A stretch of 64,000 nt of DNA, taken from positions 160,001-224,000 of IMG/VR virus record IMGVR_UViG_3300013121_000005. The stretch is one strand, 5' to 3'. Origin of the DNA: a virus (lineage: Duplodnaviria > Caudoviricetes). Under the pieces are notes generated by a model. The model searched no databases. It saw nothing but the letters and a program-made list of their open reading frames with translations, and was not told the origin of the DNA. Below are positions 1 to 9,600 of this stretch, in pieces (the stretch's first letter is position 1; every line of letters starts with the position of its first letter). The position numbers and the translations under genes were made by a program.

Positions 1-1
1 G

Positions 2-2686
2 CATTTCCGTGAAGGCGGAGTTGGGATCATCAACGAAGACCAGTTCTCTGGGGTGGTTTCCAGTGAGCCTCTGTACTACGTTGTTACGGCTGTGTACTTT
101 GATCCTGCTACGGGGGAGGAGTTAGAAAGCTCCTACTCTCAGGAGGTTTTGGGGGCCCCCTTGGTCCTGGATACGGCCATCCGAGACCTTCCTGGGCGAA
201 CTCAATTCCAGGTTGTTACTGACTTTGTGCGTGCCGTACAACGGGTTAATGCTGAAATTGCACTCATCCCAGGGTCGACAACACGAGACGTCACCATTGA
301 CCCCTTTAGCTCCGAAGCAGAACGGTTGTACTTTCTCCTAGACTTTGTACACCGTGCACAAAGCTTCTTGACTTTGCTCCAGGTTGATGACGCGAACAAT
401 GATGGTGTCTCAGACCTTGTAGAAGCTAGTGCCTACAAAACGGCTCTTCAAGCAGCTTTGGGGTTTACCTCGACGGCTGCGGTTCAGTCTTTAATTGACT
501 CCGCGTTCGACAAACTCGCGGGGAATGTGAGTAAAGCCAGACTTCCTGGGCGCCCCGCAGTGGGCCAAGCTGTGCTTTACACGGTGACTAAGCCAGTTTT
601 TGACTTGGCGGTCCCTTCGGGTACGATTGTCACTTCGGACGCGGATTCTACTACGGGCACTCCCGCAGTTCGTTTCCGAGTTGGAGGGACGTATGTTCTC
701 CCTGCGGCGAATGCAAGTGCCTACTACAATTTCAACACCAAACGATATGAGTTGGTCGTTGACATTGTGGCAGAAGAGGTAGGGGCTGCGGGTAATAGGC
801 CAGCAGGGCAGATCAAAAATGTCCAAGGAGTCAGTGGCCTTCTTGTGACCAACACAGAGGCTACGGTTTTTGGCAGTGACCGGGAATCGAACGCAGACCT
901 GGCTGCTAGGTCCCTTCTTGGATTCGTCTCTGTCGATACAGGTACGGCAGGAGGGTATGCCTCTACGTCTGCTGAGCAGATTGGAGTACTCAAAGCTAAA
1001 GTTGTCCAGAGTGGCCATCCGTTGATGATGCGGGACTACGACCCTGTTCGGCGTAAGCACATCGGGGGTAAGGTTGATATTTGGGTACAGGGGGTCCGGG
1101 AGCGTCAAGTCACAGAGGTATTCGCATTCACTTTTGAAGTGGCTCGTGACATTCAGTGTGTGATCCTTGATCTAGCCAGTCTGACTTTCCGCGTACAGGA
1201 CAGTCGGGCCACCCCTTCAACTCCAGTCACTGAGATTCTGGATAACTTGAGTCAGGGGTTGGGGGTGCGAAATGTCAGTAAGGGGTTGGACTATATCCTT
1301 ACTGGAGTGCAAATCCTAGACTACCAGACATTCAAGTTAAACCCTGCGATTGCAGGCCAGCCGGTAACACACATTGATGATGTAATCACAGCGGATTACA
1401 GGCTTAGAGTCGTCAATCAATTCAAGTTCACCTTCCAGCCGGTACGTAGAGTTGTATCTGTCGTAGGTGAAGTTTCTGGCGTTTTGAACTCCACTCTTGG
1501 TTACAGCCTGTACAAGACTGCGGACCCGCTTTTGGAAGGGGAGAGCACAATTTCCAGTGACTACTTGGCGATTAATCAAGTCGCTGGGGTGCCTAGCGGA
1601 AATGTCATCTTGGTCAACGCTGAGCCCCACGTTCTTGTAGGGTTCTTCGAGGAACCCCTTTTGAGTGTCGGGGTCAACACGAAAACGATTCGCGTTTTCA
1701 GCCAAAATCGAGCAATCGAGTATGATGGGCCTGAGAAGATCGTCCCTGACTACGAGATTATAGAGGGGACTTCTACGAGTCCTGTCAGGATCGTCCGTAC
1801 AGCTAACTCAGATATCCCTAATGGGGCTACGGTTTCGGTTGACTATGCTCACGATGAGAACTTTACGGTTACCTATGTCATCAATGACCTTCTTCATCAG
1901 CTCCAGCGTACAGTCAATGAGAAGCGTCATGCTACGGCGGATGTCGTAGTCAAGCAGGCCATTCAAAATTCAGCCGAAATCGAGACTACAGCCCAACTTC
2001 TTCCTGGGGCAACTCGGGACAAGGTAGACCCTGACATTAGGTCCAATGTGAGTTTGGATTTGAACCAGCGTCTAATTGGGCAAGGGGTGGCCCAATCGGA
2101 TCTTATCAATGCGATTGACTCCACAAGTGGGGTAGACTTCCAGGTTATCCCACTTGCTAAAATGGCTTACGCGGATGGGGCTCGAAAACTTCGCGAAACC
2201 TTGTCTTCTGCATACCAGCGTTTGCCGTCTCTTGAAATTGGTGGGAATCAGGTGTTCATCCTGACGACTGCTCTTCAGTACCCCACTACAGATGGGGGTG
2301 GACTCCCCACAGAACACAAGGGCGTTTTCCAAGACGACGAAGCTTTTGGTATGGCTTCAAGCCTTGCGACATTGGCTTCTAATCCTCGGCAAGCTTTCAT
2401 CCTTGGTTCGAGCGGGGCTGTCATTACAGGGTACACGGATGCAGCAACTCTACTAGCAAGTGGGTTTTTGACCCCCGAGACGCAGCAGGTGGAGCTGCTG
2501 CGTCGGACAGCAAACCATGTGGTTCTTTCGATTTCTGGTTCCGGCACACCTCCAGACAATCCTACCAACCATGCGTATGCCGTCAGTTATGTAGTTCGAG
2601 GCGATGTAGGGCCGAAGGACCTCACTGCTTCTGAGGTTGAGTTCATCGACCTTGGGAACTTCACAATCACCTTCCGTTCGGGGTGA
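2..2686 (+). CDS. Baseplate wedge protein, baseplate J/gp6-like (5'-truncated by window edge)
   Basis: Frame is open from position 2. Contains the baseplate-J signature AEEVGAAGN...VTNTEATVFGSDRESNADLAAR and a later GKVDIWVQG. Confidence 0.85.
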   Translation, partial: HFREGGVGIINEDQFSGVVSSEPLYYVVTAVYFDPATGEELESSYSQEVLGAPLVLDTAIRDLPGRTQFQVVTDFVRAVQRVNAEIALIPGSTTRDVTIDPFSSEAERLYFLLDFVHRAQSFLTLLQVDDANNDGVSDLVEASAYKTALQAALGFTSTAAVQSLIDSAFDKLAGNVSKARLPGRPAVGQAVLYTVTKPVFDLAVPSGTIVTSDADSTTGTPAVRFRVGGTYVLPAANASAYYNFNTKRYELVVDIVAEEVGAAGNRPAGQIKNVQGVSGLLVTNTEATVFGSDRESNADLAARSLLGFVSVDTGTAGGYASTSAEQIGVLKAKVVQSGHPLMMRDYDPVRRKHIGGKVDIWVQGVRERQVTEVFAFTFEVARDIQCVILDLASLTFRVQDSRATPSTPVTEILDNLSQGLGVRNVSKGLDYILTGVQILDYQTFKLNPAIAGQPVTHIDDVITADYRLRVVNQFKFTFQPVRRVVSVVGEVSGVLNSTLGYSLYKTADPLLEGESTISSDYLAINQVAGVPSGNVILVNAEPHVLVGFFEEPLLSVGVNTKTIRVFSQNRAIEYDGPEKIVPDYEIIEGTSTSPVRIVRTANSDIPNGATVSVDYAHDENFTVTYVINDLLHQLQRTVNEKRHATADVVVKQAIQNSAEIETTAQLLPGATRDKVDPDIRSNVSLDLNQRLIGQGVAQSDLINAIDSTSGVDFQVIPLAKMAYADGARKLRETLSSAYQRLPSLEIGGNQVFILTTALQYPTTDGGGLPTEHKGVFQDDEAFGMASSLATLASNPRQAFILGSSGAVITGYTDAATLLASGFLTPETQQVELLRRTANHVVLSISGSGTPPDNPTNHAYAVSYVVRGDVGPKDLTASEVEFIDLGNFTITFRSG

Positions 2687-2690
2687 GTAG

Positions 2691-3503
2691 ATGGCTCGGT
2701 TTATCCTCGACCCAAAGCGAAGTAACCGAACCTTGCAGCAGCAGGGTAAGGAGTACAATTTTCGGCTTACTCAACGTGCTCAGGCCATTTTCACGAACCT
2801 GTTGAACCTGTTACCGTCGAACTACATTTCAACGGTTCAGGGTCCAAATTACACGAATGAACTCAAAGCTGTAGCTGTTGAATTGGCGAAGTTGGAGCTA
2901 GCCCTAGAGGACGTTGACTCCGACTCTGACTTTAAGACCACTCGCTCTGATTTCCTTTACAGTCTTATTGGCTACTTAGTCTTTTTGAATGGGAAACTCC
3001 CTGAGACAAGCTTTGATGACGTGGAATTCAAGAACTTCCTCTTGAACGTCATTCGGATTTACTTTCAAGGCTCGATCCCATCGAGTATGCGGGATGGGGT
3101 AGCTCTCTTTGTCTCAGAGGGGGTCCAGGTTACGGAGAACTTTCTTCTGGTCCGTGCAGGTGCGTCAGGGTTGGACATCAGTGACCAATTTGGTTTCCAG
3201 ATCGATATTGAGACTCTTGGTCGGTTTCCCCCGGATGTCTTCACTATTGACTCGAATGTTCGACTTGTTCTGGACATCATTCGTCCTGCCCACACGCTCT
3301 TCCGCATTCGGTATGTTTTTCGAGACACCTACACTCCAAACCAGGACCGAGGGGGGAAGATTCTTGATGCTTCTCGCTGGCGGCTCTCGAACTACTACTA
3401 CGAGGATTTTCGAGTCTATCCCGAAGGACTTCGGGATAGAGACCGTCTAGGGGTCAAGGAAACTCGTATCGTTACGGGTGAAGACCATAGCAACGACTTT
3501 TGA
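2691..3503 (+). CDS. Baseplate wedge/tail protein I-like
   Basis: Directly follows the J-like gene. LLPSNY near the N-terminus and IIRPAHTLF motif typical of P2 gpI/Mu gp48-like wedge proteins. Confidence 0.65.
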   Translation: MARFILDPKRSNRTLQQQGKEYNFRLTQRAQAIFTNLLNLLPSNYISTVQGPNYTNELKAVAVELAKLELALEDVDSDSDFKTTRSDFLYSLIGYLVFLNGKLPETSFDDVEFKNFLLNVIRIYFQGSIPSSMRDGVALFVSEGVQVTENFLLVRAGASGLDISDQFGFQIDIETLGRFPPDVFTIDSNVRLVLDIIRPAHTLFRIRYVFRDTYTPNQDRGGKILDASRWRLSNYYYEDFRVYPEGLRDRDRLGVKETRIVTGEDHSNDF

Positions 3504-3544
3504 GGAAACCTTTTATCTCCCACTCCGTTAGGAGGAACCTCTAG

Positions 3545-4078
3545 ATGTTGATCAATGAAGCCATGCGTGGTCCCCGGGCTCAAGCAGTCATTCGCCATGA
3601 GCGCCCCTATGATTATGACGAAAAGACTGGGCTTTGGGTTCGTAAGGTAATTGACGAACAAGAGGCTTGGAACATCGTTACGAACGCAGGTCGTGTACGC
3701 ATCCACACCTATCTATACGGAGCTGGAGTTCAACGTGCTGCCCTTGGCGGCGGGCTGAATTACATCGCTCTCTCAAATGACCCTGCGGCTCCTGCTCAGG
3801 GGGATACCGTGTTGGCAGCCGAGATCACGAATACCCCGGCTACAGCAGGTCTTGAGCGGGCCCTAGCTACAGTGACTCTGCCAGTTGGGGCAGGTACTCA
3901 AACTACCATACAGAAGATTTTCACCTTTACTGGGGTACCAGGGCCTCAGAGTGTCCAGAAGACAGCCCTCTTTGATTTGGCTGTTGCTGGTACGATGGCC
4001 CATGAGATTCAGTTCTCGCCCAGGACGTTGTTTACAAATGATACTTTAACCGTGACTTTTGCGATCTCTTTGTCTTAA
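3545..4078 (+). CDS. Tail-collar/fibre attachment-like protein
   Basis: Strong SD (GGAGG). NIVTNAGR...YIALSND...TVLAAEI...DTLTVTFAI pattern of tail-fibre N-terminal (DUF3751-like) domains. Paralogous to 13740..14387. Confidence 0.6.
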   Translation: MLINEAMRGPRAQAVIRHERPYDYDEKTGLWVRKVIDEQEAWNIVTNAGRVRIHTYLYGAGVQRAALGGGLNYIALSNDPAAPAQGDTVLAAEITNTPATAGLERALATVTLPVGAGTQTTIQKIFTFTGVPGPQSVQKTALFDLAVAGTMAHEIQFSPRTLFTNDTLTVTFAISLS

Positions 4079-4129
4079 CAAGCACTTACGTAACTTGTCC
4101 GGTGGGGCTCGGAGGCAGCGGCATAGGTC

Positions 4130-5293
4130 ATGGCAAATGCGACGTGCCAGTTTACCCAAGGACTTGTCGTAGGGGGGAGTGGTCAATCAGTTTTTGGTTT
4201 CAGCCCAAATTCTGTAGCCACAATGACCGACGATGGGGGCCCAGGGGCAATCTCTTACTTGTGGGAGATCATTTCTTGGCCCTCCCCTTTGGGGGCTCCC
4301 CCAGCTATTACAAACAGTACAAGTCAGGTAGCTACCGTAACTCCGAACTTGGATGGGGTCTATATCGTCAAGCTCACAAGAGTGGACGGTACAGGTACCA
4401 CGACAGACATCAAGTTTTTTGGGGTCCAGGATGAGGACGCCCTGACCCTCCCTTCCGCAGGCCAGACTGGGAATATGACCAACATGTCGGTCAATGCCCA
4501 AAAGTCTGGGTGGAGTGGTAGACAAAACGCTTCAACAAACTTTCAACTCGATGCCTTTCTTCGGTTCCTCAAGGCTAGAGTTGGTAAGTATGTTGGACAT
4601 ACCTACGCTGCTACTCATTCCTCTGGGGTTCCAGTTGTAGTAGTCATCACGGATGGGGCTTCCCAACCGTTCCGTAGTCTTCTCATGACTGGGGCTGGGA
4701 CCTACACGGAAGAGATTGATGTTGCTGCTACGGACGGTAAGAGGTTTCGATGGCGTGTGACGATGACCGCAGGGTGCGGGGACTTCATCATTAAGAATGG
4801 GGTTGGGGGTTCCACCATCCTGACTTTGAATGCCCCTCCAGCTAACACTCTCGTCTATGAGGTGGAAGCAGTTACGAATGGTTCGGCCTGGGCCATTTCT
4901 CGCTCTGGGACTACAGACCCTAAGGTTATCCGCAAAAACCATACTGTTGAGCTTATTGCAGGCAATCGATCAACGGACCAAACCACTTTTACTCGTCTTG
5001 GGACCTCTAGTTTTGATGCCTCTAAGTTCCCGACTTCACAGGTGAAGTTTCAAGCAGAGATCGAAGCTACAGCAGGTAAGACGGCTGAGATTCAACTCTA
5101 TAACCTGACAGATAGCGGGTACATTGGCACCCCGCTTTCGGCGTCAACTCTAACTCCGTCTTTGGTGGAACAAGTCATTACCCTACCGAATGGGCTCAAA
5201 ACCTATGAGGTACACCTTCGTATGACTGTTGCAGGGGGTGCGGGAGATCGTGTGACTTGCACCAATGCTCGAATTGTTTTTGCTTGGGGTTGA
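4130..5293 (+). CDS. Virion structural protein with PKD/Ig-like N-terminal domain
   Basis: SYLWEIISWP...ATVTPNLDGVYIVKLT resembles PKD-type beta sandwiches. G/T-rich, in the tail block. Confidence 0.5.
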   Translation: MANATCQFTQGLVVGGSGQSVFGFSPNSVATMTDDGGPGAISYLWEIISWPSPLGAPPAITNSTSQVATVTPNLDGVYIVKLTRVDGTGTTTDIKFFGVQDEDALTLPSAGQTGNMTNMSVNAQKSGWSGRQNASTNFQLDAFLRFLKARVGKYVGHTYAATHSSGVPVVVVITDGASQPFRSLLMTGAGTYTEEIDVAATDGKRFRWRVTMTAGCGDFIIKNGVGGSTILTLNAPPANTLVYEVEAVTNGSAWAISRSGTTDPKVIRKNHTVELIAGNRSTDQTTFTRLGTSSFDASKFPTSQVKFQAEIEATAGKTAEIQLYNLTDSGYIGTPLSASTLTPSLVEQVITLPNGLKTYEVHLRMTVAGGAGDRVTCTNARIVFAWG

Positions 5294-5317
5294 TGCTCCT
5301 CCTCTAACAGGTGAACG

Positions 5318-6295
5318 ATGGCTCTTCCGGTACTTAGCAAAACGTGGCAATACAACGTCAACCAAGCGATTACGGCTGCTGGGTCGGTTACAGCAACGGG
5401 TCAAGCCATCTTCTTGGCAATCAAAAACACCTTGAAGGGGTTTGGGACGCTCCCTTGGACGGTCCGAGGGTCGAGTGATTCGGTGGCTGCTGGTATGGAT
5501 GCTGTGGATCGTTGGGTAGCGGCTGGTAATTTGGTGGGAGGTAACCCTGCGGTCGCCCATTCCTGGATTGTTCTGCGTCAGACTGGGATCGCAACCAACT
5601 ACGAACTGTGCATTGACCTGACAGATGTGGGCTTCTCCAGTCAGACAATAGTTATCTCACCTTCAGCAGCATTTACAGGGGGTTCGACAACGGACCGTCC
5701 TACTGCGACAGATGAGATTGTGTTAATCAACGGAGGTGCATGCTGGTCTAATCTGGATGCCAACCATGTCATTCATGGTTGGCAATCAACAGACGGACAG
5801 TGTACTCGTCTTGTTGTTTGGCGAGCTTCTACCAATCTTTGCACGTTTCTCATGTTCGACAAGCCTGCGACTTCGGTTACTGGTTGGACAAACCCTAGTT
5901 TGGGCGCGTGGCAGGCTGCTGGGGCAGGCGTACCTAATCTCTATTCGACCTTGGGTCATGCTACTGCCAGCCCGTTTAAGGGTCGAGGATCAACGACTAT
6001 GACCCTCGCATTTACCGGAGAGGGGGCTTACTCGTCCGGTACTTATATGTCTCAGACGACAGATATTGGAACAAATCCGAATGACTTCGACTCGAACTGG
6101 CCCCTCTTTCCAATCGGCCTGTTCTCGACAACGGCAGCTCATCGAGGTCGGCATGGGACGGTCTCAGACCTTTGGTGGAAACCCCAGAGTGTAGGGAATG
6201 CAGGGGATACCTTCCCTAATGATGCGACTCGTCTATTTGTGGCTTTCGGGGATCTTATTTTCCCCTGGAACGGTTCCGTTCCAGTTGTAGCGTGA
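5318..6295 (+). CDS. Putative tail fibre-associated structural protein
   Basis: 325-aa G/T/A/W-rich ORF, co-oriented in the tail block. Confidence 0.5.
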   Translation: MALPVLSKTWQYNVNQAITAAGSVTATGQAIFLAIKNTLKGFGTLPWTVRGSSDSVAAGMDAVDRWVAAGNLVGGNPAVAHSWIVLRQTGIATNYELCIDLTDVGFSSQTIVISPSAAFTGGSTTDRPTATDEIVLINGGACWSNLDANHVIHGWQSTDGQCTRLVVWRASTNLCTFLMFDKPATSVTGWTNPSLGAWQAAGAGVPNLYSTLGHATASPFKGRGSTTMTLAFTGEGAYSSGTYMSQTTDIGTNPNDFDSNWPLFPIGLFSTTAAHRGRHGTVSDLWWKPQSVGNAGDTFPNDATRLFVAFGDLIFPWNGSVPVVA

Positions 6296-6299
6296 TTCC

Positions 6300-6599
6300 A
6301 TGGCGACATTTGATGGCAATGATATGGGAGGGATCATTGGAGGTAACGTACCCTCCAGTGTTTTTAGGCATTACCCTGCTCACAACATGTCCTTACAGCA
6401 ACTCATTGGGACTGCTGTAAGCCCGTCCATCGTAAGTTACTACAAGATGCGGGGAAAGGATGTGGATTGTGGGCCTCTGACCTACAGAACGTGGGTTGTT
6501 TCAGGTGCTCCTGACCCGACTGGGGCTCTGTATGTTGGGGCTAGGTGTGGTGTGACACCTTTCACTGAAGTAGTCATCGCCGAAACGTGGCAAGTGTAG
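6300..6599 (+). CDS. Small hypothetical virion protein
   Basis: 99-aa ORF tightly packed between structural genes. Confidence 0.55.
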   Translation: MATFDGNDMGGIIGGNVPSSVFRHYPAHNMSLQQLIGTAVSPSIVSYYKMRGKDVDCGPLTYRTWVVSGAPDPTGALYVGARCGVTPFTEVVIAETWQV

Positions 6600-6605
6600 T
6601 AGCAC

Positions 6606-9600
6606 ATGTCCTTTGGGAGCAGTCCTTACGGAACAACACCTTACGGTGGAGTAGCCCTAGTTTCTGGGGGGATCACTATTGTCTCGGCTTCGCCTGCGGT
6701 TGGTAGCTCAGGAGCTTCCCCTACAGGTCCGGTTCAATTTACAGTCAATACTCCGGCTGAATTCGACGCCCTCACTCTGACCGTCAGGTTGAATGGGGCT
6801 CAGGTCACAAGGAACTCGGAGTTTCTAGCTGGGTTTGGAGGGACCATTGCGTTCAATGGTCCTGACCTTACTGTCAACATCAGTACCCATCCAGCGTTGC
6901 CAGACGGGAGCCCCATTACGGTAAACATCGAGGTCTATGATCTCGCAGGGACTTTTCAGTCTGCTTCCTATGGGTTTACTACAGGAGGGGCTGCACTTTC
7001 TGGGTCGGAAACTCTCACTCTCACAGAGGACTTCTTTTTAGGGGGATTTGTCAGTCTCCCGGAGACTCTGACTCTTACCGAAGGGTTGTCTCCTTTCGGA
7101 CAAGATTTGGGGGAGACCCTAACTCTCACGGAGAACCCTACCCAAACTAAACAGGGGCTCTTCCTTCAAGGGCTGGAGACGCTTACCTCATCCGAGAGTC
7201 TTCAGGTAGGGGCCCTTCACTTTGAGTTCCTCGACAGTACGACCATTCAAGTCACCTTCCCAGAGGAGTTTTCGCTTAGTGGGGTTGGGGATGCCTGGAA
7301 CTACACGTTTGAAACTGTGGAGGGGTTCCCCCTTACGGTCCTTTCTGCTGTTCCAATTGTGGAAGTCCACCATACAGGCACACAAGGTCAGATAGTTGAG
7401 ACCTTTCCTGGGACCTTCTTTTCGTACACCTTCAATACGGTCACGGATAGCTTTACCCCAGCAGATATCGGAAGGTACTTGTTCATTACGGGGCCCTCCA
7501 ATCCTCCTCTGGTAGGGCCTAACGATCCTTTCCAAATCGTAGGGGTTGCGGGTAGTGTGGCTACCGTAGACCGTCCTATCCCTATGGGGACCTCAGCAAA
7601 TGGGGGGTACGTCCCAGGGTCTGGGTTCACTCCTGGGGCTGGGCAGGTTCAGTGGGCGCACACAACGGGTGCTAAGGGCGCAACTTTGAAGGTCACGGAG
7701 GGGACCGCAGGTAAGGGGTATGTTGGGCGTGTCCGGAATTTGCGGAGGATCAACGGAACCCCCTACTCAGGGTCCCGGGCCTTCACTGCAATCGCCTCAA
7801 AGCCGAAAGTCTCCAGCGTTCAGTTCTTGCCTGAAAATGGAACAGTTACTGTTACTTTTTCTGAGCCGATGCGGATTGACGGGACTCTTCTCTCTCCGAC
7901 TGAGTACACAATCGCGGGACCTACAACAGTTGCGGTTCGGTCTGTATCGGCTATCGACCCTCAGACAGTTGCTCTTACCACGTCTGGGTTTGGTGCCGGG
8001 TCTTACACCCTCACCGTTAATGCTACAGGGACCCCGAAAGATGCGGCTGGGAATCCGACTGACCCGTTGTTCAACCAGGTCATCTTCACGGGTTCTGTCC
8101 CACTAGCAAGCCGTTCCATTTTCACTGACAAGGGACCAATTGCGAAGCCTCCTGTAACACTTCAGAGTGGCACTGGGGCTACAATTCAAACCTACACGAC
8201 TCTAACCTTTGGAGTGACCCAGTTCACTTCCAATGAGGTAGTTCTTCCTGGAGGAGCTTTCAACTCGACCCATGTGGGGCTTCGGTTGGAGCTTGGGGGC
8301 TCGACTATCAACGGAGGGACCTACAAGATTTCTGGGGTGGTCAATGCAACCCGTCTTAGGGTTCAAGCAAGCTTCTCCCTTCCTGACTCGAACAATGGGT
8401 TGATGACTTGGAAGCTCATTGATCCGAGGGTAGGGGAGATTGCTGATGACCCATCGGATGTCGTCGTTCGGGTTAACAACGTTCCAGTTACACCTTTGGC
8501 GGTTATCGGGCTCCTAGGGCAGGTGGTACTCCCATCTACCCCTAATCCTGCTGATGATGTGAAGATTGACTACTCTCATCTTTGTAACCCCACTGTCGAA
8601 ATTCGGCGTCTAAATTCGAGAGAGTTTCGGCTGAATTCGTGGGCTAGCTCAGGGGCAGAGCATAGTTTCAAGTACAACAACGTTACTGTACAGCCTTCGA
8701 CTTTTGTCCCTGATGACATTCAAGCGAGTTTGGTGCAACCTCTCTTTCGAGAACTGCATTACCACGCATACGAACGAGCCTATTCGGTTGCGCTGAACGA
8801 CCCTAACCTGCTTGTTCTGAACACCCCAAGCAATCAAATTGCGTACCCCCCTCTTTCGCGTCAGATTGACTCTACAACGGTCAATTACTCTGCTTCCACC
8901 TTACCAGAGGTGGACCCAGACCCTTGGGTTCGTAAAGGGATGGGGATCGCTTCGGTAGGTGGGGGTACTCTGACGGTTCAGGACAACACTACAGGTCCGC
9001 TTCCTTCAGGTAACCCCCTTTTCTGGACTAAAGACCTTGACCTGACCTTCCCTCATGTGTTTGCAGCCACGTGGCGGATGCAGGTGGTAGCTTCAACCCC
9101 TGTAGGAGTTTTCACAGGAGTTTCGATTGGGTGGTCCAACGACAAGAAAGCTGTAGTTCTGGGCTATCTGAACGACGCTGGGGTCAAAAAAGTAGGCTTC
9201 CTCCGTAAAAACTATGGGAATGACCCCTCTCTCATTGGGGCTTGGATTACGACCCCTCTTGATTGGTCGATTCTCCGCAGTTACCGCTTCTTTCGTAGTC
9301 GGGACGGAGTGGTTAGCCTTTTCGTAGACGGGGAAATCATAGCGAGTTTGCAAGTCGTCGAAGCGGACCTGCCCTACTTGGAAGAGCTGAATGACCCCTT
9401 CCAAGAAATACAGGGAATTTTCTTTGGGTCCTTGAGTCGAGAGGCTAGCAATACCTCTTTGTGGGACTTCATCCGCTACCTAACGTTACCGACCAATCCT
9501 GAGCAGAGTGCCCCAGCTATTTTCGCTGGTTACGAAGGGGATCTTCTTCCTGAAGTCAGCCCAACTCCATGGACTCCTGTGGGGTACCATGGGGAGGAGT